Assembly (NCBI GenBank): GCA_964016885.1
Contig: OZ024743.1
Location: 227,044,001 to 227,108,000, forward strand
DNA: 64,000 bases
Source of the DNA: Eledone cirrhosa
Lineage: Eukaryota
Direction: 5' to 3'
Below, piece by piece: positions 27,990-42,088 of this stretch (position 1 is the stretch's first letter; the number at the start of each line of letters is the position of its first letter). The notes beneath the pieces are model-generated. The model made no database searches and was not told where the DNA came from. It saw nothing but the letters and a program-made list of their open reading frames with translations. The position numbers and the translations under genes were made by a program.

Positions 27990-28893
27990 TACAATGTATG
28001 TTGAAAAGGTAGCCAACCTTAGGCTGCGAAAATTGACGTACTTGGTGAGATTCAATTACAACTCACATTGGAATTACACCCATTGTGCCTCATCACGCAT
28101 AACTCGGCGATTCTTCCACTGTTTGAAACACGACTAGAATGCTTCTTCCAGAATAGCTGCCAAGTCTATCGTCACGGTCCACATGATATCTTCTCGACGC
28201 CTGGAAAGGAACCTGTCAGTAGCATCTTCATATTTGCGAACCACCAGAAATCAGAAACCATGTCTGCAGATTAGGGAGACTGGTGAATGAGCGAAATGCA
28301 TCCCTTTGCCAAGAAAATATAGATCAGCTGCGACGAAAATGACGAGGAGCTATCAAGATGAATCTGGCAGTTTTGTGAGACCCACAAATCTGCTTTCTTG
28401 CCCCGACCTGCATGAAAAGAGTCGACGTAGGACTTCTTCCTATTACTCCTTTGTAACTGTTTGTCTTCTGGTGCATATTAGTTATGCACAAAATATCGGT
28501 GGTCGAAGAAATCAATCAGTATCACTTCGATTTTAGTCCACACTTGACGAGCTTTTCTGGATCTTGTGACGTTGGATGCTTCCAATATGTTAATTGTTCT
28601 TTGGTTTCCGTGAGTTGGAATCGTACTGGCACGTCTCATTCCACTTAACACGATATTTAAGAACTGATGAATGTTTATGTTTCTATCGGGTGGAATTAAA
28701 ATGCAACAAGTAAATCGCCAGTAGTACAACATTTCACAATCTGTATACTTTTCAGTGACTGATATATCTAAAAGTTCTCGAAAACCACACATGATTATGA
28801 ATGAATGCAGCTCCAATCTACACACGTTTATCGTCATAACGTCATGAGTTTCCACGGTAAAAAGTAAAGTCAGGTATATTTATGACGGACCCC
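27990..28893 (-). mobile_element. Decayed mariner transposase remnant
   Basis: RSRKARQVWTKIEVILIDFFDHRYFVH resembles mariner PKKARQVRS..VMLIVFFD..G.VH; downstream DFWWFANMK resembles DFWLFPKLK; boundaries approximate. Confidence 0.65.
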
Positions 28894-29243
28894 ATCCGTG
28901 ATAGAATGTTATATATAGTTTGATCTAACGGAAGAATTTCCACCTCAGAAAGCAAAAGCAGAAACACATGGATGAGTGTGATGGAAGAAAACTAATGAGA
29001 TAAGTATATACATAAATTCTTTGAATGGGGTATCTACACTGTTTGAACAATCCTCTATACAGGCGAAATTTGATATCACAATCAACATCATCTTTTAACA
29101 GGGAATGTTTGATCTTTGTTGTTCTTGCTGTTCTTGTTATTCATTACTGCACAAAACAAAAGCCTAACACAATTAAACTTACATAGACATACACACAAAT
29201 ATACATATATATATATGTGTGTGTATATATATTATATATATAT

Positions 29244-29355
<112 letters not shown>

Positions 29356-29359
29356 TATT

Positions 29360-29532
29360 TTTGAGTTTATGTTGGTTGTATACCAACACCTCAGTATGCA
29401 GGCTGGAGCACTCGACGAAGTGCGCAGGTTGGTTTAGTTACTCCGGAGTAGTGTAAAATAAAGTTGGGTTGTTATTTCACTGAGGAATTGGAATCATATG
29501 ATTCCATTTCCTCAGTGAAATAACAACCCAAC
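29360..29532 (-). mobile_element. Fold-back mini-element with tail
   Basis: Palindrome gttgggttgttatttcactgaggaa.tggaatcat|atgattcca.ttcctcagtgaaataacaacccaac (29463-29532); tail on the left contains gtcgagtgc on the minus strand. Confidence 0.6.
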
Positions 29533-29612
29533 CAGGAACTGGGCATATCAGAGTATTTATAATATTATACACCTCAACAACATATGTACTTGTCAAGACC
29601 ATACTAATTCAA

Positions 29613-29667
29613 ACTGCCTGAAGAGGTCACAGCCAAAGATGGCTGTCACTGAAATATATATAGCAGT
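29613..29667 (+). ncRNA. Minimal type I hammerhead ribozyme
   Basis: ACTGC CTGAAGA ggtcacagcca-aaga-tggctgtcact GAAA tatata TA GCAGT, then AATAAA; perfect 5-bp stem I. Confidence 0.85.
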
Positions 29668-29717
29668 AATAAACGAAGCTAAATTTTAATCATTTGACTT
29701 TTTATTTAACTTTATTT

Positions 29718-29749
<32 letters not shown>

Positions 29750-29950
29750 TTAGAAAGTGAGTTTTTTTACAAAATGAAAAAAAATCGAGGTGTCCTACAC
29801 GAGAGAATGTATAAGGTAAAAAGATGATATCGAAAATGAAACTGGAGACTTTTTTTATAAAAATATATATTTATTTGGTTCCTTTACCGGTTTCGCAGTA
29901 CATCTGCTTTTCAAAAGTAGAATTGAGATGGAGGGTTTGTGGTTTTTCAT
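29750..29950 (-). mobile_element. Family K element with U3-A8 hammerhead (29881-29917)
   Basis: Minus strand: ctt TTGAAAA gcag-atgta-ctgc GAAA ccgg TA aag, then tail to (TA)n. Confidence 0.75.
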
Positions 29951-29995
29951 ACATACATACGTACATGCATACATGCATACATACATACATACATC

Positions 29996-30835
29996 ACGAA
30001 AGAGATAGGGATGCAGGCAAAACACCTAGATGTGATAACAAGTGCTGACTGCAGAATTAACATCGAAGATGTCACCCATGTCATCAGCAGCTGTCCAAAG
30101 ATATCATCGCGGTACTATCTACCTATGAGGCATGATGTAGCGGCCAAAACACTGTTCAATGCAATCCGTAGAAAAGATAGCCCCGATAATAAACACATTA
30201 AAAGCTACAGCAATGTGGAAGACATCCATATACATATGAAAGAGTACTGGTGGAATGTTCCAGTAAAAACTTTTAAAAAATTGCAGGCATAACAGACCAA
30301 CTATTGATATGGGACAGGGAAAGAAAGCATGCACGGTAGTGGAAATTAGCTGCCCAGCAGATGCCTATATAATATCAAAGATTAGCGAAAAGGAGAACAT
30401 TTATGCAGAACTGATGAGAAATCTGAAGATACTCCACCCTGATTACACCTTCAGATGTATGCCTGTGATATGTTAGTAACTGCCTCAATACAAATCTTGA
30501 GAAGCTAGGCTTCACAGGAACAGAAAGAACACAACTAGTTAGGCAATTACAAGTACAATCCATTAATGGAACAGTAAAACTATGTAAAACATTCCAAAAA
30601 TGTTGCATCTAATAACTGCACATGTACAGATACAAAGCATATACACATGCACACATAAAACTCAAAACATACACATCCACACATAAAATAACATCCATAT
30701 CTACATATGCATGCATGCATACATATCTACTTAGTTGATGTTGTGTAAATTCCAACGAGAGAGTCTTGTGTCTATGTTAGAAACCGACTCTCTTTCTATT
30801 GGTAAAACTTTGTGAAATTATAAAACAGAAGAACA
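29996..30835 (+). mobile_element. R4/Dong-like LINE 3' end (CCHC knuckle, restriction-like endonuclease, 3'UTR)
   Basis: CRINIEDVTHVISSCP..RHD..EYWWNVPV..CTVVEISCPAD..KISEKENIYAEL; flanked by (ACAT)n. Confidence 0.8.
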
Positions 30836-31306
30836 TACAAACAGACATACATACACACATACATACATAAAATACATACATAGAATAACTACGACAACGC
30901 CAACAACACAAATTGAAATTCAAGTAGCATTGACGTATATGTATGGGAAGTTTGGAAATATGGTTAGACTCTATTCTTGTTATATGTTTATGTTGTATTG
31001 AAAGTTAAAAGCGATAGCGACGACGCGGACAAGAATAACAAAATTAACTGAGGAGAAGAGGTAATGCACTAACTAATATTAGGTGATGATGGCTGTGGTA
31101 TAGGCAAGAGAGACGATGAGTGGAAATATTCAGTTATGAGTAATCTCTCTATCCAGTAAATAATCAAGAAAAAGGTTTTGCAAAGGAACATATTAGTTCT
31201 GACTTAACAATACGTATGTATGTTATTAGTATTGGCATACTTACCGTCAATTCAATTAGAGGAAAAATCATATAAGTATGTATCTGTCAGCAAAAAATGT
31301 GTTTCA

Positions 31307-31376
<70 letters not shown>

Positions 31377-31396
31377 GTGGGGGGGGGGGGGGTGTA

Positions 31397-31427
<31 letters not shown>

Positions 31428-31604
31428 CTGTCTGTCTGTCTGTGCTTGTGCGTGTGTGTGTGACTGACTGCATATATATGTATACGTGTATCCTTTGCGC
31501 GCGCACACACACACATTATATATATATATATAACATTATTTCTGTGTACAATTATATATATGTTCATATATATATGTATATATAAATAAATAAATAAATA
31601 AATA

Positions 31605-31664
<60 letters not shown>

Positions 31665-31954
31665 TCATATGAGTGAGTGTGTGTATGAATGTATAAGTGA
31701 TTCAGCATGCGTATGTATATTTCATAATCAATAGCATATTTCCATTTATTACAGACAGACGAATTAATTATGTGCAGTGTGGGGTGTGGGTTTATATTTG
31801 CTTCATGTATACGACTATGTGCGTCTTCTTGAGTGTATATATATGTATGTTTATGAGAGGAAAAGTACAGTGTTTCAGAGTAAGATTCAATCGTTGTGCT
31901 TATGCCAATATGTGTGCGTGTGTTTGTCAGTATATATACGTTTTATTCAGAAGC

Positions 31955-32830
31955 AGGTTTGGGTTAGGATTATGGTTAGTGTTGGAATTAGAGGTAGGGT
32001 TAGAAATAGGTTTAATGTAGTGTTAGAACTAGGATTATGGTTAAGATAAGGATTAAGTTTAGCGTGCGTGTTAGGGTAAGGTTTACAGTTAGGGTTGGGT
32101 TTATGAAAAGGGTTACGGTTAGGGTTAAGTTTCTTTTTATGGTGACGATTACTGTTAGGGTGTGTGTTATGTTTAAGGTTTTTTTTTATGTTAATTGTAT
32201 TAGATTTAATATTTATATGGGTTTATATCATAGATTAGATTTAATAATTATATAGGTTTATATCACGGTTTAGGGTTAGGCTTAATGTTAGGTTTAGCGT
32301 TAGGTATAGGGGTAAATGTATGATTATGATATGTGTTAGACCGTTTGTTAGTTATATTTTAAATTTAAGGTTAGAGGTAGGGTAAGTGTTAGATTTAGGT
32401 TTAAGTTTATTGTTAATGTATCATTAAACTTACTCTAAATTTTAGGGTAATATTTAGCGGTAGATTTTGGTTTAGGCTTAGATTTAGGGTTAGAATTAGG
32501 ATTAGGATTCTGGTTATAGTTAGGTTTCTGTTTAGTTTAAGGTTTTGTTTCAGTTACTGTTATATTTAGGGAATGATTTAGTGTTATCGTAAGGTTCCTG
32601 TTAGATTTTAGGGTCAGAGTTAAAGTTAGAATGAGGGTTGCTATTAAGATTACTTTTAGGTTTAGATTAGTGTTAAGATTTGATTTTTCTGTTCGTTTTA
32701 GTGTTAGATTTAATGTTAACGTTAATATATTTTTAAGTTTAGGGTTTAATGTTCGGGTTAAGTTTAGGTTTATTTTTGTGGTAAAGGGTAGTGTGGTTTA
32801 TAGTTTGTATATAGGTTAGTATAGTTTATA
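31955..32830 (+). repeat. Degenerate (TTAGGG)-like hexamer array
   Basis: Recurrent gggtta/gttagg/gtttag units over ~0.9 kb. Confidence 0.75.
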
Positions 32831-33113
32831 GTATGTATACGAATAAGGTGACACAATTGCCTCCTAATGGTTCAATGTACAGTTGGAATATTGATTATAT
32901 GTTACCGTACATATTTGTTCTTATGCATCTATGTGTGTATGTGCATGTGAGAGATTCTATGTGTCACTGTCTCTGTCTCTGTGTGACTGTATGTGTGTAC
33001 TTTAAGGAGAAATGGAGAGTAATGTGAAAGTGTAGTGTTGGTCATACTAGTACATTGTGAGGGAGTTTTTTATATAAACATTCTAGACATTGTTTATACA
33101 AACACACACACAT

Positions 33114-33185
<72 letters not shown>

Positions 33186-33827
33186 AATTGGAAATCCAGT
33201 GATCCGAAAATATATCAGTTTGGAAGTTTATGTAGAGTCCGGGGAAAAATCCAGTTTCAGACGAAAATCCAATGTAGGAATGCAACGAATTTGAGGATGT
33301 ACGTAAGAGTATATATGTGTATACAAAAAAGGCAAACAGAATAACAAATCAAACGGGACAGTTAAATGAAAAAATATATTAGTTTTATGCTTGATATAGT
33401 AGGCAAAGTGACTTAACTAGCCATTCATCAGAAAATAGAATGAGAAATTAAAGAAGCAATAGAAAGTGGTCAGTGGCAAAAATGAAAATAATTTTCCTTG
33501 AGAAAAAAACAGGTCTATTCAAGTTGCCATCTATTGTAAAACTCTTGAATCCGTCGTTGGTGTATAAGAAAGAAATAGTTGGTCCTGTTTTAAAATTCAT
33601 AAAATTAATATGAATAGAATATAATAATAATTATATTTATATATAAAATATAAATAAGATAAAGGTAATATTGTATATTACTCGATTACCAGTAAGACAA
33701 GTAGCTCAATGTAAAATATAAAGTTTAATACAGAGCAGAAATACAATATAAATAACAATCAAATTGTGTTTAAGGCATTTAATTGCTTATATAGGGAAAA
33801 GTATGGAAGCTTTATGAATATATATAT

Positions 33828-34020
33828 AAACAAAAAGGGTGTGGTAAGATAACAGGTGGATCATAACGCACCAGAGTACAAAATATTTAGGGTAGCATAG
33901 TGGGTAATAGGAAAAGAGTCAGGCCCCCGACGGCTGAGCTCCGGCCGTTTCGACAGCTGTTCGGATCTAGCTGTCGAAACGGCCGGAGCTCAGCCGTCGG
34001 GGTCCTGACTCTTTTCCTAT
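33828..34020 (-). mobile_element. Fold-back mini-element family B
   Basis: Arms ~33907-33958/33969-34020 around gacagct-gttcggatct-agctgtc; GAAA CGGC cggagctca GCCG TC. Confidence 0.8.
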
Positions 34021-34037
34021 ATATATATATATATATA

Positions 34038-34230
34038 TAATATAGAAATGGCTTCTACAGGACTAGAACTGTTTCATTCGAGAGAAATCATCAGGTAGCC
34101 CTGATGATTTCTCCCAAATGAAACAGTTCTAGTCCTGTAGAAGCCATTTCTATATTAAATATGTATACTCTGCTATGTATTGAGTACCTTACTTACTGTG
34201 GTTACCCCCCGATTAAACCCGGGATAAACT
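34038..34230 (+). mobile_element. Fold-back mini-element family A with back-to-back hammerheads
   Basis: Arms 34038-34095/34100-34157; cores at 34050-34100 (-) and 34101-34144 (+); tail to 34230. Confidence 0.85.
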
Positions 34231-35146
34231 TATATATATATGCGTATATGTGACTATGTATGTATCTTTTATGTGTATGTGTGTATCTATATATGTGCCT
34301 ATTTATTACCTGTTTATGGAAATCTCTAAGCATAAGAGTATCTGAGCGATGTATTCATGAACCGGCTGAGACTATTAATATCAATGGTATGTACTTACAG
34401 TGTCTGAAGCATGTGTGAATATGCGTGTTTGTGCATTCGCATATATGTGTGTCTGAGGTCCATCTGTTCCGATGATGCCTGTACCAGTCTTTTAATCAAC
34501 AGAACAGCCTACTCATAAATTTATATGCTAGAGTCTGATCATTCGAGTCTAATGTGTATCCTTGGCGTAATTCTCGGGGAGTTTAATTTCAATTACAGGT
34601 ACCACAAATATTACTATATGATTAAACTGGAGCGACATGTCTTGCTCAGGTAAATAATACGCTACTCAAATTCAACAGCACAACTGTGAGCTAAATGCCC
34701 TAAACACTAAACTATGGGCACACTCATAAACCTATATAAACACCAACACACATTTGAGTCTATTTGTATAACCATGTTTATGGTGATTTATTATATAAAT
34801 CATTTTGGGGTTTCATAACTTATTGAAAAGATCTGTTCATATTTTACACGCGTCGTAACACATGCAATCATACACATATACATACAGGTACACACACACA
34901 CAAGCGCATACATATATATATATACATAGTTATACATAGTTATATTTATGTTTATACATATATATATATATGTATGTATATATATATATATATAGATATA
35001 TATATAAATGTATATATATATATGTATATATATGTATATATATATATGTATATATATATGCATATATATGTATATATATATATATATACTTATATATATA
35101 TATACTTATGTATATATATATATATACTTATATATGTATATATATA

Positions 35147-35192
<46 letters not shown>

Positions 35193-35256
35193 GTGTGTCT
35201 GTGTATATTATATATATATATGTATACATATAATTACATAATAAACAACATATATT

Positions 35257-35341
<85 letters not shown>

Positions 35342-35356
35342 TATATATATACACAG

Positions 35357-35433
<77 letters not shown>

Positions 35434-36084
35434 CGACGACCCGATATGGCCTCGGGCTGTCGGCTGCTACACGTAATAGAATAATAGGATACACACGAAA
35501 CGAAAAGAAAGATAGAAAGTTAATTTTTAAAAATACAATAACGCAGGTTACCATTAATGTGTGGCATGTTAAAAAGACTAAAGTAAGTTGTGTGAATTGA
35601 AATATGTCAGTCACTAAGTTTAGATAGTTAAGTAATTTTAGTACTTGGAAACCATTTGCTTCTTCTAATATTCCTTTTGTGTATATTGCACTATATGTAC
35701 GTGAGTGTATATAGATGTGTTGGCGTCAACATTAGTCTTCATGTGTGCGTTTGTTTGTGTGTACAAATGCATGTGTGTATATGTGTTTGCGTGCGTTTGT
35801 GTGTGTGTGTATATATGTATGTATGTGTGTGTGTGTGTGATTATGTGGTTTTTTGTGTTTGTGTGTGTTTTTGTTTTCAACTTTTTTTTTCTTCTCTTAT
35901 CATAGCATAAAGTATGTTCTTCCATTTCGTGACATTAGGTTTTACCAATATGCTCTGAAACACTGCATGAAAACAATTTTTGACGCGTTCTCCCTATTCA
36001 CTTACACTAACATAATCCCGCACACATACACACATACACATACACACATGCATTCCTACACACATAAACATACATACATATGTG

Positions 36085-36135
<51 letters not shown>

Positions 36136-36193
36136 GTATGTATACATATATCTATTATATATATCTATGATATATATATATTATACATATATC

Positions 36194-36263
<70 letters not shown>

Positions 36264-36291
36264 GTATGTATATATCTATTATATATATATG

Positions 36292-36387
<96 letters not shown>

Positions 36388-38666
36388 TAGAAACGTTGTT
36401 TGGAATTTCGAATAAAAAATCCATTTCTCAAAACATAATTCCATTTATTAGTTGTGCTTGGTTCTTTTTTTTCTCTTTCTTTGTATAACTTTGATTATTT
36501 CTATTTTCTTTATAATTTTATTTTCTATTTTTGAATATTATATATTATTATATATTTTTTTCACTTTGCGCTGTCATCTTTCAGACGTAGTCTTACCATT
36601 TAATAATGTTAATATAATATATACGGTGAACACTATAGAAAGAACTTTATGAGATTTTCTGTCAGACGTGACTTTTATTTGGCATTGCATGTTCGATTCT
36701 TGCTAGAATCACTTTACTTTATCCTCACCTATGTCAATCTATTACACCTAACCACCAAGCGAGTCATTTTTATCTGTGGAATATTTTATATGAAATTTTA
36801 TCATATTTATCAACTCAATTCAGCCTACGAGAAAAGCATCTACGCAAACGCATGATTTGATAGAAATAGCAGGCATACTATCTCTCGAAATACATATTCG
36901 AAATATCTAGTCTTGCTTGGGCCATGACCTCTTGATGAAGTTGTAGTCTCATCGCCGTGAGGGACGGTTATGGACATTTATATCTAATAGAGCCCATCCG
37001 TCATCAGGTTTGAGGGGACCGCTGATTACGTCCAGAGAAAGAGAAAGAAAAAACGCAGAAACGAGTATCCGACATATTAACGACTCTGCCAGCTCACCAC
37101 TGTCCTACAACTTTTGTTTTAATAAAAAAAATAATTGTAATTACGCATTTGATTATAGAGTTCAAAATATTCCATCGCAAGCTAGAATACAGATTGCCAA
37201 AGCACAAATCGTCTTAGAATATAGATCTACAGAATCAAAGATCACTTGCGGGTAAACAACAGCAGAAGCAGCTGTACAATAATGATCATTTTCTGTAGTA
37301 GCAGCAAATATTCTGGGTGTAATCTGCCTGACCAAATTCTCCCTATTTTGCGCCATTTTGTTGAGCCTCTTTTACAAGAAATTATACATCGAAGAACATG
37401 TATATATATTACTACATTATTTACAGTCAGTATCATTAGTGTTGAAACGTGGTAATCTACTGAATGTTTGCTATAGGATTTCGAATTCCCATTGAAGCAT
37501 TTCTTTAATACAACATTCTACCTTGCTTTACATCCATTCACAATTTCGTGTACCCGGTTCTTTGGATGCGATACAGGTGAGATAGAAAGCATAAAACTCG
37601 AACCTTTTTCATTATTCTGAACATGTATATATATCAACACTCTAACACGTAAACAATGAAACAACTTGATTAATATTATAGAAGGTTAATCTCAATCAAC
37701 TAGGTCCTAACATATAGCATATAAGAATCATTTCTTTTAAAAACAATTTACATTCTATTGGACAACACACATCATTTCCGTAATTAACTACGCAGTTATG
37801 TATCCAACAGAAAAACCGGAATAAGGTTAAAGTATGTCTCTAAATATGTGTCTCCCTCTATGCACCAATAATATGACTGAATAAATAGATGAATAAATAA
37901 ATAAATAATATATGAAAACATAAATGAATGAAATTAGTCGTAGAATAATATTATGTTTTTCTTATCGCATATTTGATAATACTCTAGCTTTCTTATATTC
38001 TAAACACTAGATGTTATTTCACCCTATTAACTATGCTTCTACCCACCTTATAATCTAAACATTGACTTTCTGCTTTATCAAAAGGAATCAATATTTTCAA
38101 GCATCAATTGGATATTAGCATGTGTCTCAAAGTTATGATTTTCTATGTAAAGTATATGGTCTTTTTGTTGCTGTCGATGTTGTTGTTGTTGTGTCAGAAT
38201 CATGTTAGCCCTGGTTGTGTAGATTCATGATCAAAGGTTTTCCAGTACTGGTTTAAGCTATATTAGACCTACAGCAACATTATCTAGAACATGCATGTCC
38301 TCTTCCTATATTATAGAGGATATGTGTTATTTGAGGAAAACCTGGCAACTACATACTTTAGATGAAGTCAATATAGAGAGAGGATTCCATTTACGAATTT
38401 TTGTTGTAGTGTAGCTACATGTTGTCTCCGTTAGAAACGGTATGATTAAAAACATTACAGTAATCATTGACTTGTCTTTGCTGGGCCTTTAATTTGCAGG
38501 TCTCGCGTTTAAGCATCGGAGCGAATACCTTGTTGTAGTTGTCCCAAATCTCTCTGCCTTTTTACTTCAAATCCCGCTGTGTTCCACTTAAACTTTCCTC
38601 CTTTTGTACAGAGGACCGATTTCTTCTTCTTCTTCTTCTTCTTCTTCTTCTTCTTCTTCTTCTTCT

Positions 38667-39010
<344 letters not shown>

Positions 39011-39469
39011 TGTTCTCTCTAATATGAAATTGGATCCGTCGTGTCGCGATTGTGGGAGACTGCTCACAGAATCCATTTTTCAAGAAATAGAAAACGGCTA
39101 CCAGAAATCAAGGAAGTATGATGTATCTCCTTATGTTTCATAGAACAGTAGCATGTGATTTAAAGAGAAATGAGATTGTAATTATTAGCAGGTACAGCGT
39201 TTATGTTCTTGATCATTTCGCTTTTATTTTAGTATATATGCCCCTCTGACTTTCACTGTGGAGAAGCAAGCCGTTAGATATAAGATTCAGCAATTTTTTC
39301 TTCAATGGTAACTCCATGTGGAAACGTAGGGGCACCGTAGTGACATACGGCATCTATTTGGCATATTTATTTTAACATGACGGAACACATCCTATTTCCA
39401 GGTTTCAACACAGCAAATTTCTCTCGGTGCAGGAGGGAAAATGAGAAAACATAGCGGAAGCACCGACCG

Positions 39470-39620
39470 CAGCACTGGACTGGTTATTTTTTTTTATCGA
39501 TCTCGTAAGGATGAAAGGAAGAATTGACCTTGTGTTGATTTGAACTCAGAGCTCAATGTCGGAAGAAATACCACATAACATTCTATCGGACGTTCTAACG
39601 ACACTGCCGATTCGACGCCT
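39470..39620 (-). mobile_element. Older tRNA-derived SINE copy
   Basis: tttatcgatctcgtaaggatgaaagg..atttgaactcaga. Confidence 0.7.
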
Positions 39621-39946
39621 TTAAGCTACAGCTATAGAGTAGATTTAAGCAAAGAAAAAAAAAAAAAAAGCTGTCGCTATTATTTTACCCAAGTTGACTA
39701 TAAATAACACCAATGATTGTTTAATGGTATCATCATTGGCAATCAGCATCATAACAGAGGTTTATAAAATTCACTGCCAGAATAATTCATTAGTACAGTC
39801 ACAATTTAATATTTCTTCCTCGAATCTTTCAAGGCGCCGATAAATATATATACCTCTGTTTATTTGTCTAGCAGCTAGGATATCATTCCTAAGCAATGCA
39901 ATTCCAGTTCGAAAGTAAAATAATAAAATAAATGAAATATATATAC

Positions 39947-40056
<110 letters not shown>

Positions 40057-40333
40057 ATATATGTTTATATATATATATGTGTCTGTATGTATATATGAGT
40101 GTGTCTACTTATGTGTGAGTGTGTTTATATGCAGTCACATAAACGCAGACCTCCTGGGTGTTGCACAGGTATAAAAAGCTCCAGCAAATGTTTTTTGATA
40201 AAGATCTTACTTTATAATTAGAAACGGATAAGGTAAGAGGCAAGAGGCAGTGTGCACTGGCTGTTTTGAAAACAATTTGTGGAATTAAATAAACCAGCTG
40301 ATATATATATTTATATATATATATATATATATA

Positions 40334-41252
40334 CAGGGTACGGACGATATTTGTTCGCAAGATTACTGTCTAGGAAAAGATAACAGTAGTTATATTTTTT
40401 TAGATTTATTTATCAAACTTGAGTCAGTTTGTCTTCATGACTTGTTCTGTCGATCTCACTCGATAAACCCGCCATTGGCTTTGACGACGGCCTCAAGGCG
40501 GCCTCGGAACCGGCTACAGGCCTTCGTCACTGTCCCCCGACTTAGACCCCTAAAGGCACTTGTGATCCTGGCCTTCAGATCGTGTTTCGTATTGCAGCTA
40601 GATCTGTTGGTGTCTTTGACACCAACACATCTAGCACCCCACACACAGAAGTCGAGGGGGTTGCAGTCAGGCGAGCTGGAGGCCAAATGTCAGGTGAAGT
40701 GTGGTCGACGAAGTTCTCTGACAGCCAGGCTTGGGTCTTTCGGCTGGTATGGCAGGGCGCTGAGTCTTGCTGCCACACGTACGGCCTACCTGCAGCTACC
40801 TGGTCGATCGAGGGCTTTACTACCTTGCTCAGAATGCGGATGTAGCCATTGGTGTTCAGCTTGATGTAGCCATTGGTGTTCAGCTTGACGCCCTCAGGGA
40901 AGAAGTGAGATGGCGTGACGTCACCTTGACTGCTGATGACACCTAAGACCAATGTTGTCCCTGGAAACTTTGTCTGCATGACTCTGGGCACGTCTTTGGA
41001 TGAGACAGCGAGCAGCCTGTTGTCCTGAGAGTTGATCTTCTGGTCTTATTTGTCCTTCCGGTGCGGATTCCAAGAAGAACTCCGTGTCTCTTCCACAAAT
41101 TTGGAGGTTCGAAATTATTCATAATCAATTATTCTGAAAATAAATAATTGAAATATAGTCACTATTTTTATGAAGACAAGAGCGACAACGGAAGTAAAAG
41201 AAAATTGCATAAAATTAGCAGTTGAAAATTGCGAACAAATATCGTCCGCAGC

Positions 41253-41255
<3 letters not shown>
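40334..41255 (-). mobile_element. Internally deleted Tc1/mariner DD37D (maT) transposon
   Basis: 27-bp TIRs cagggtacggacgatatttgttcgcaa / ttgcgaacaaatatcgtccgcagcctg with TA flanks; WQQDSAPCH..WPP(frameshift)SSPDCNPLDF gives 37 residues between the catalytic Ds. Confidence 0.9.
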
Positions 41256-41343
<88 letters not shown>

Positions 41344-41344
<1 letters not shown>

Positions 41345-42012
41345 CGGCGATGAATTAGTTTTGCGAGGTTTTTTATATGAAATCGTGTGTCGAAACAGAT
41401 ATTGTTATATTTGGGGAGGGTCATATTTGCGTAATATTGCCAGAATTAATAACAGAACACACTCACTGTTTGGTTGGTTTTCGCTTCTCGCTGTCTTTTA
41501 TATATATATATCTGCGATCTAACTTACTCGGTCCTCAATGTTGCCATTGACTGACCGGCGGTCAAAAATAATACAGATACAATATAGACACAAACACATA
41601 TATATAGTTTACATAATTTACATAAATCTTTCGTTGCACATCTGCAATATCGTCAGTGGTGTTATATTCATTGTTCCTCCTGTTGTGTTGTATGTCTACG
41701 CCATTTTTTTTTAAATGGCGTAGACATACAACACAACAGGAGGAACAATGAATATAACACCACTGACGATGTTGCAGATGTGCAACGAAAGATTTATGTA
41801 AATTATGTAAACTATATATATGTGTTTGTGTCTATATTGTATCTGTATTATTTTTGACCGCCGGTCAGTCAATGGCAACATTGAGGACCGAGTAAGTTAG
41901 ATCGCAGATATATATATATAAAAGACAGCGAGAAGCGAAAACCAACCAAACAGTGTGTGTGTTCTGTTATTAATTCTGGCAATATTACGCAAATATGACC
42001 CTCCCCAAATAT

Positions 42013-42019
<7 letters not shown>
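41344..42019 (-). mobile_element. Fold-back element family D (~308-bp arms) with a hammerhead core in each arm
   Basis: Arms 41399-41706/41713-42019 are near-identical; tail 41344-41398; cores at 41621-41658 (-) and 41761-41798 (+); a related tail fragment lies at ~11535-11605. Confidence 0.85.
41761..41798 (+). ncRNA. Minimal hammerhead core (family D)
   Basis: ca CTGACGA t gttgca-gatg-tgcaac GAAA gatt TA tg; stem I weak. Confidence 0.6.

Positions 42020-42084
<65 letters not shown>

Positions 42085-42088
<4 letters not shown>

Noticed and set aside
34038-34230. MITE interpretation of the palindromic elements
   Set aside because: Arms are asymmetric (one-sided tail), junctions vary between copies and hammerhead cores are conserved, unlike TIR elements
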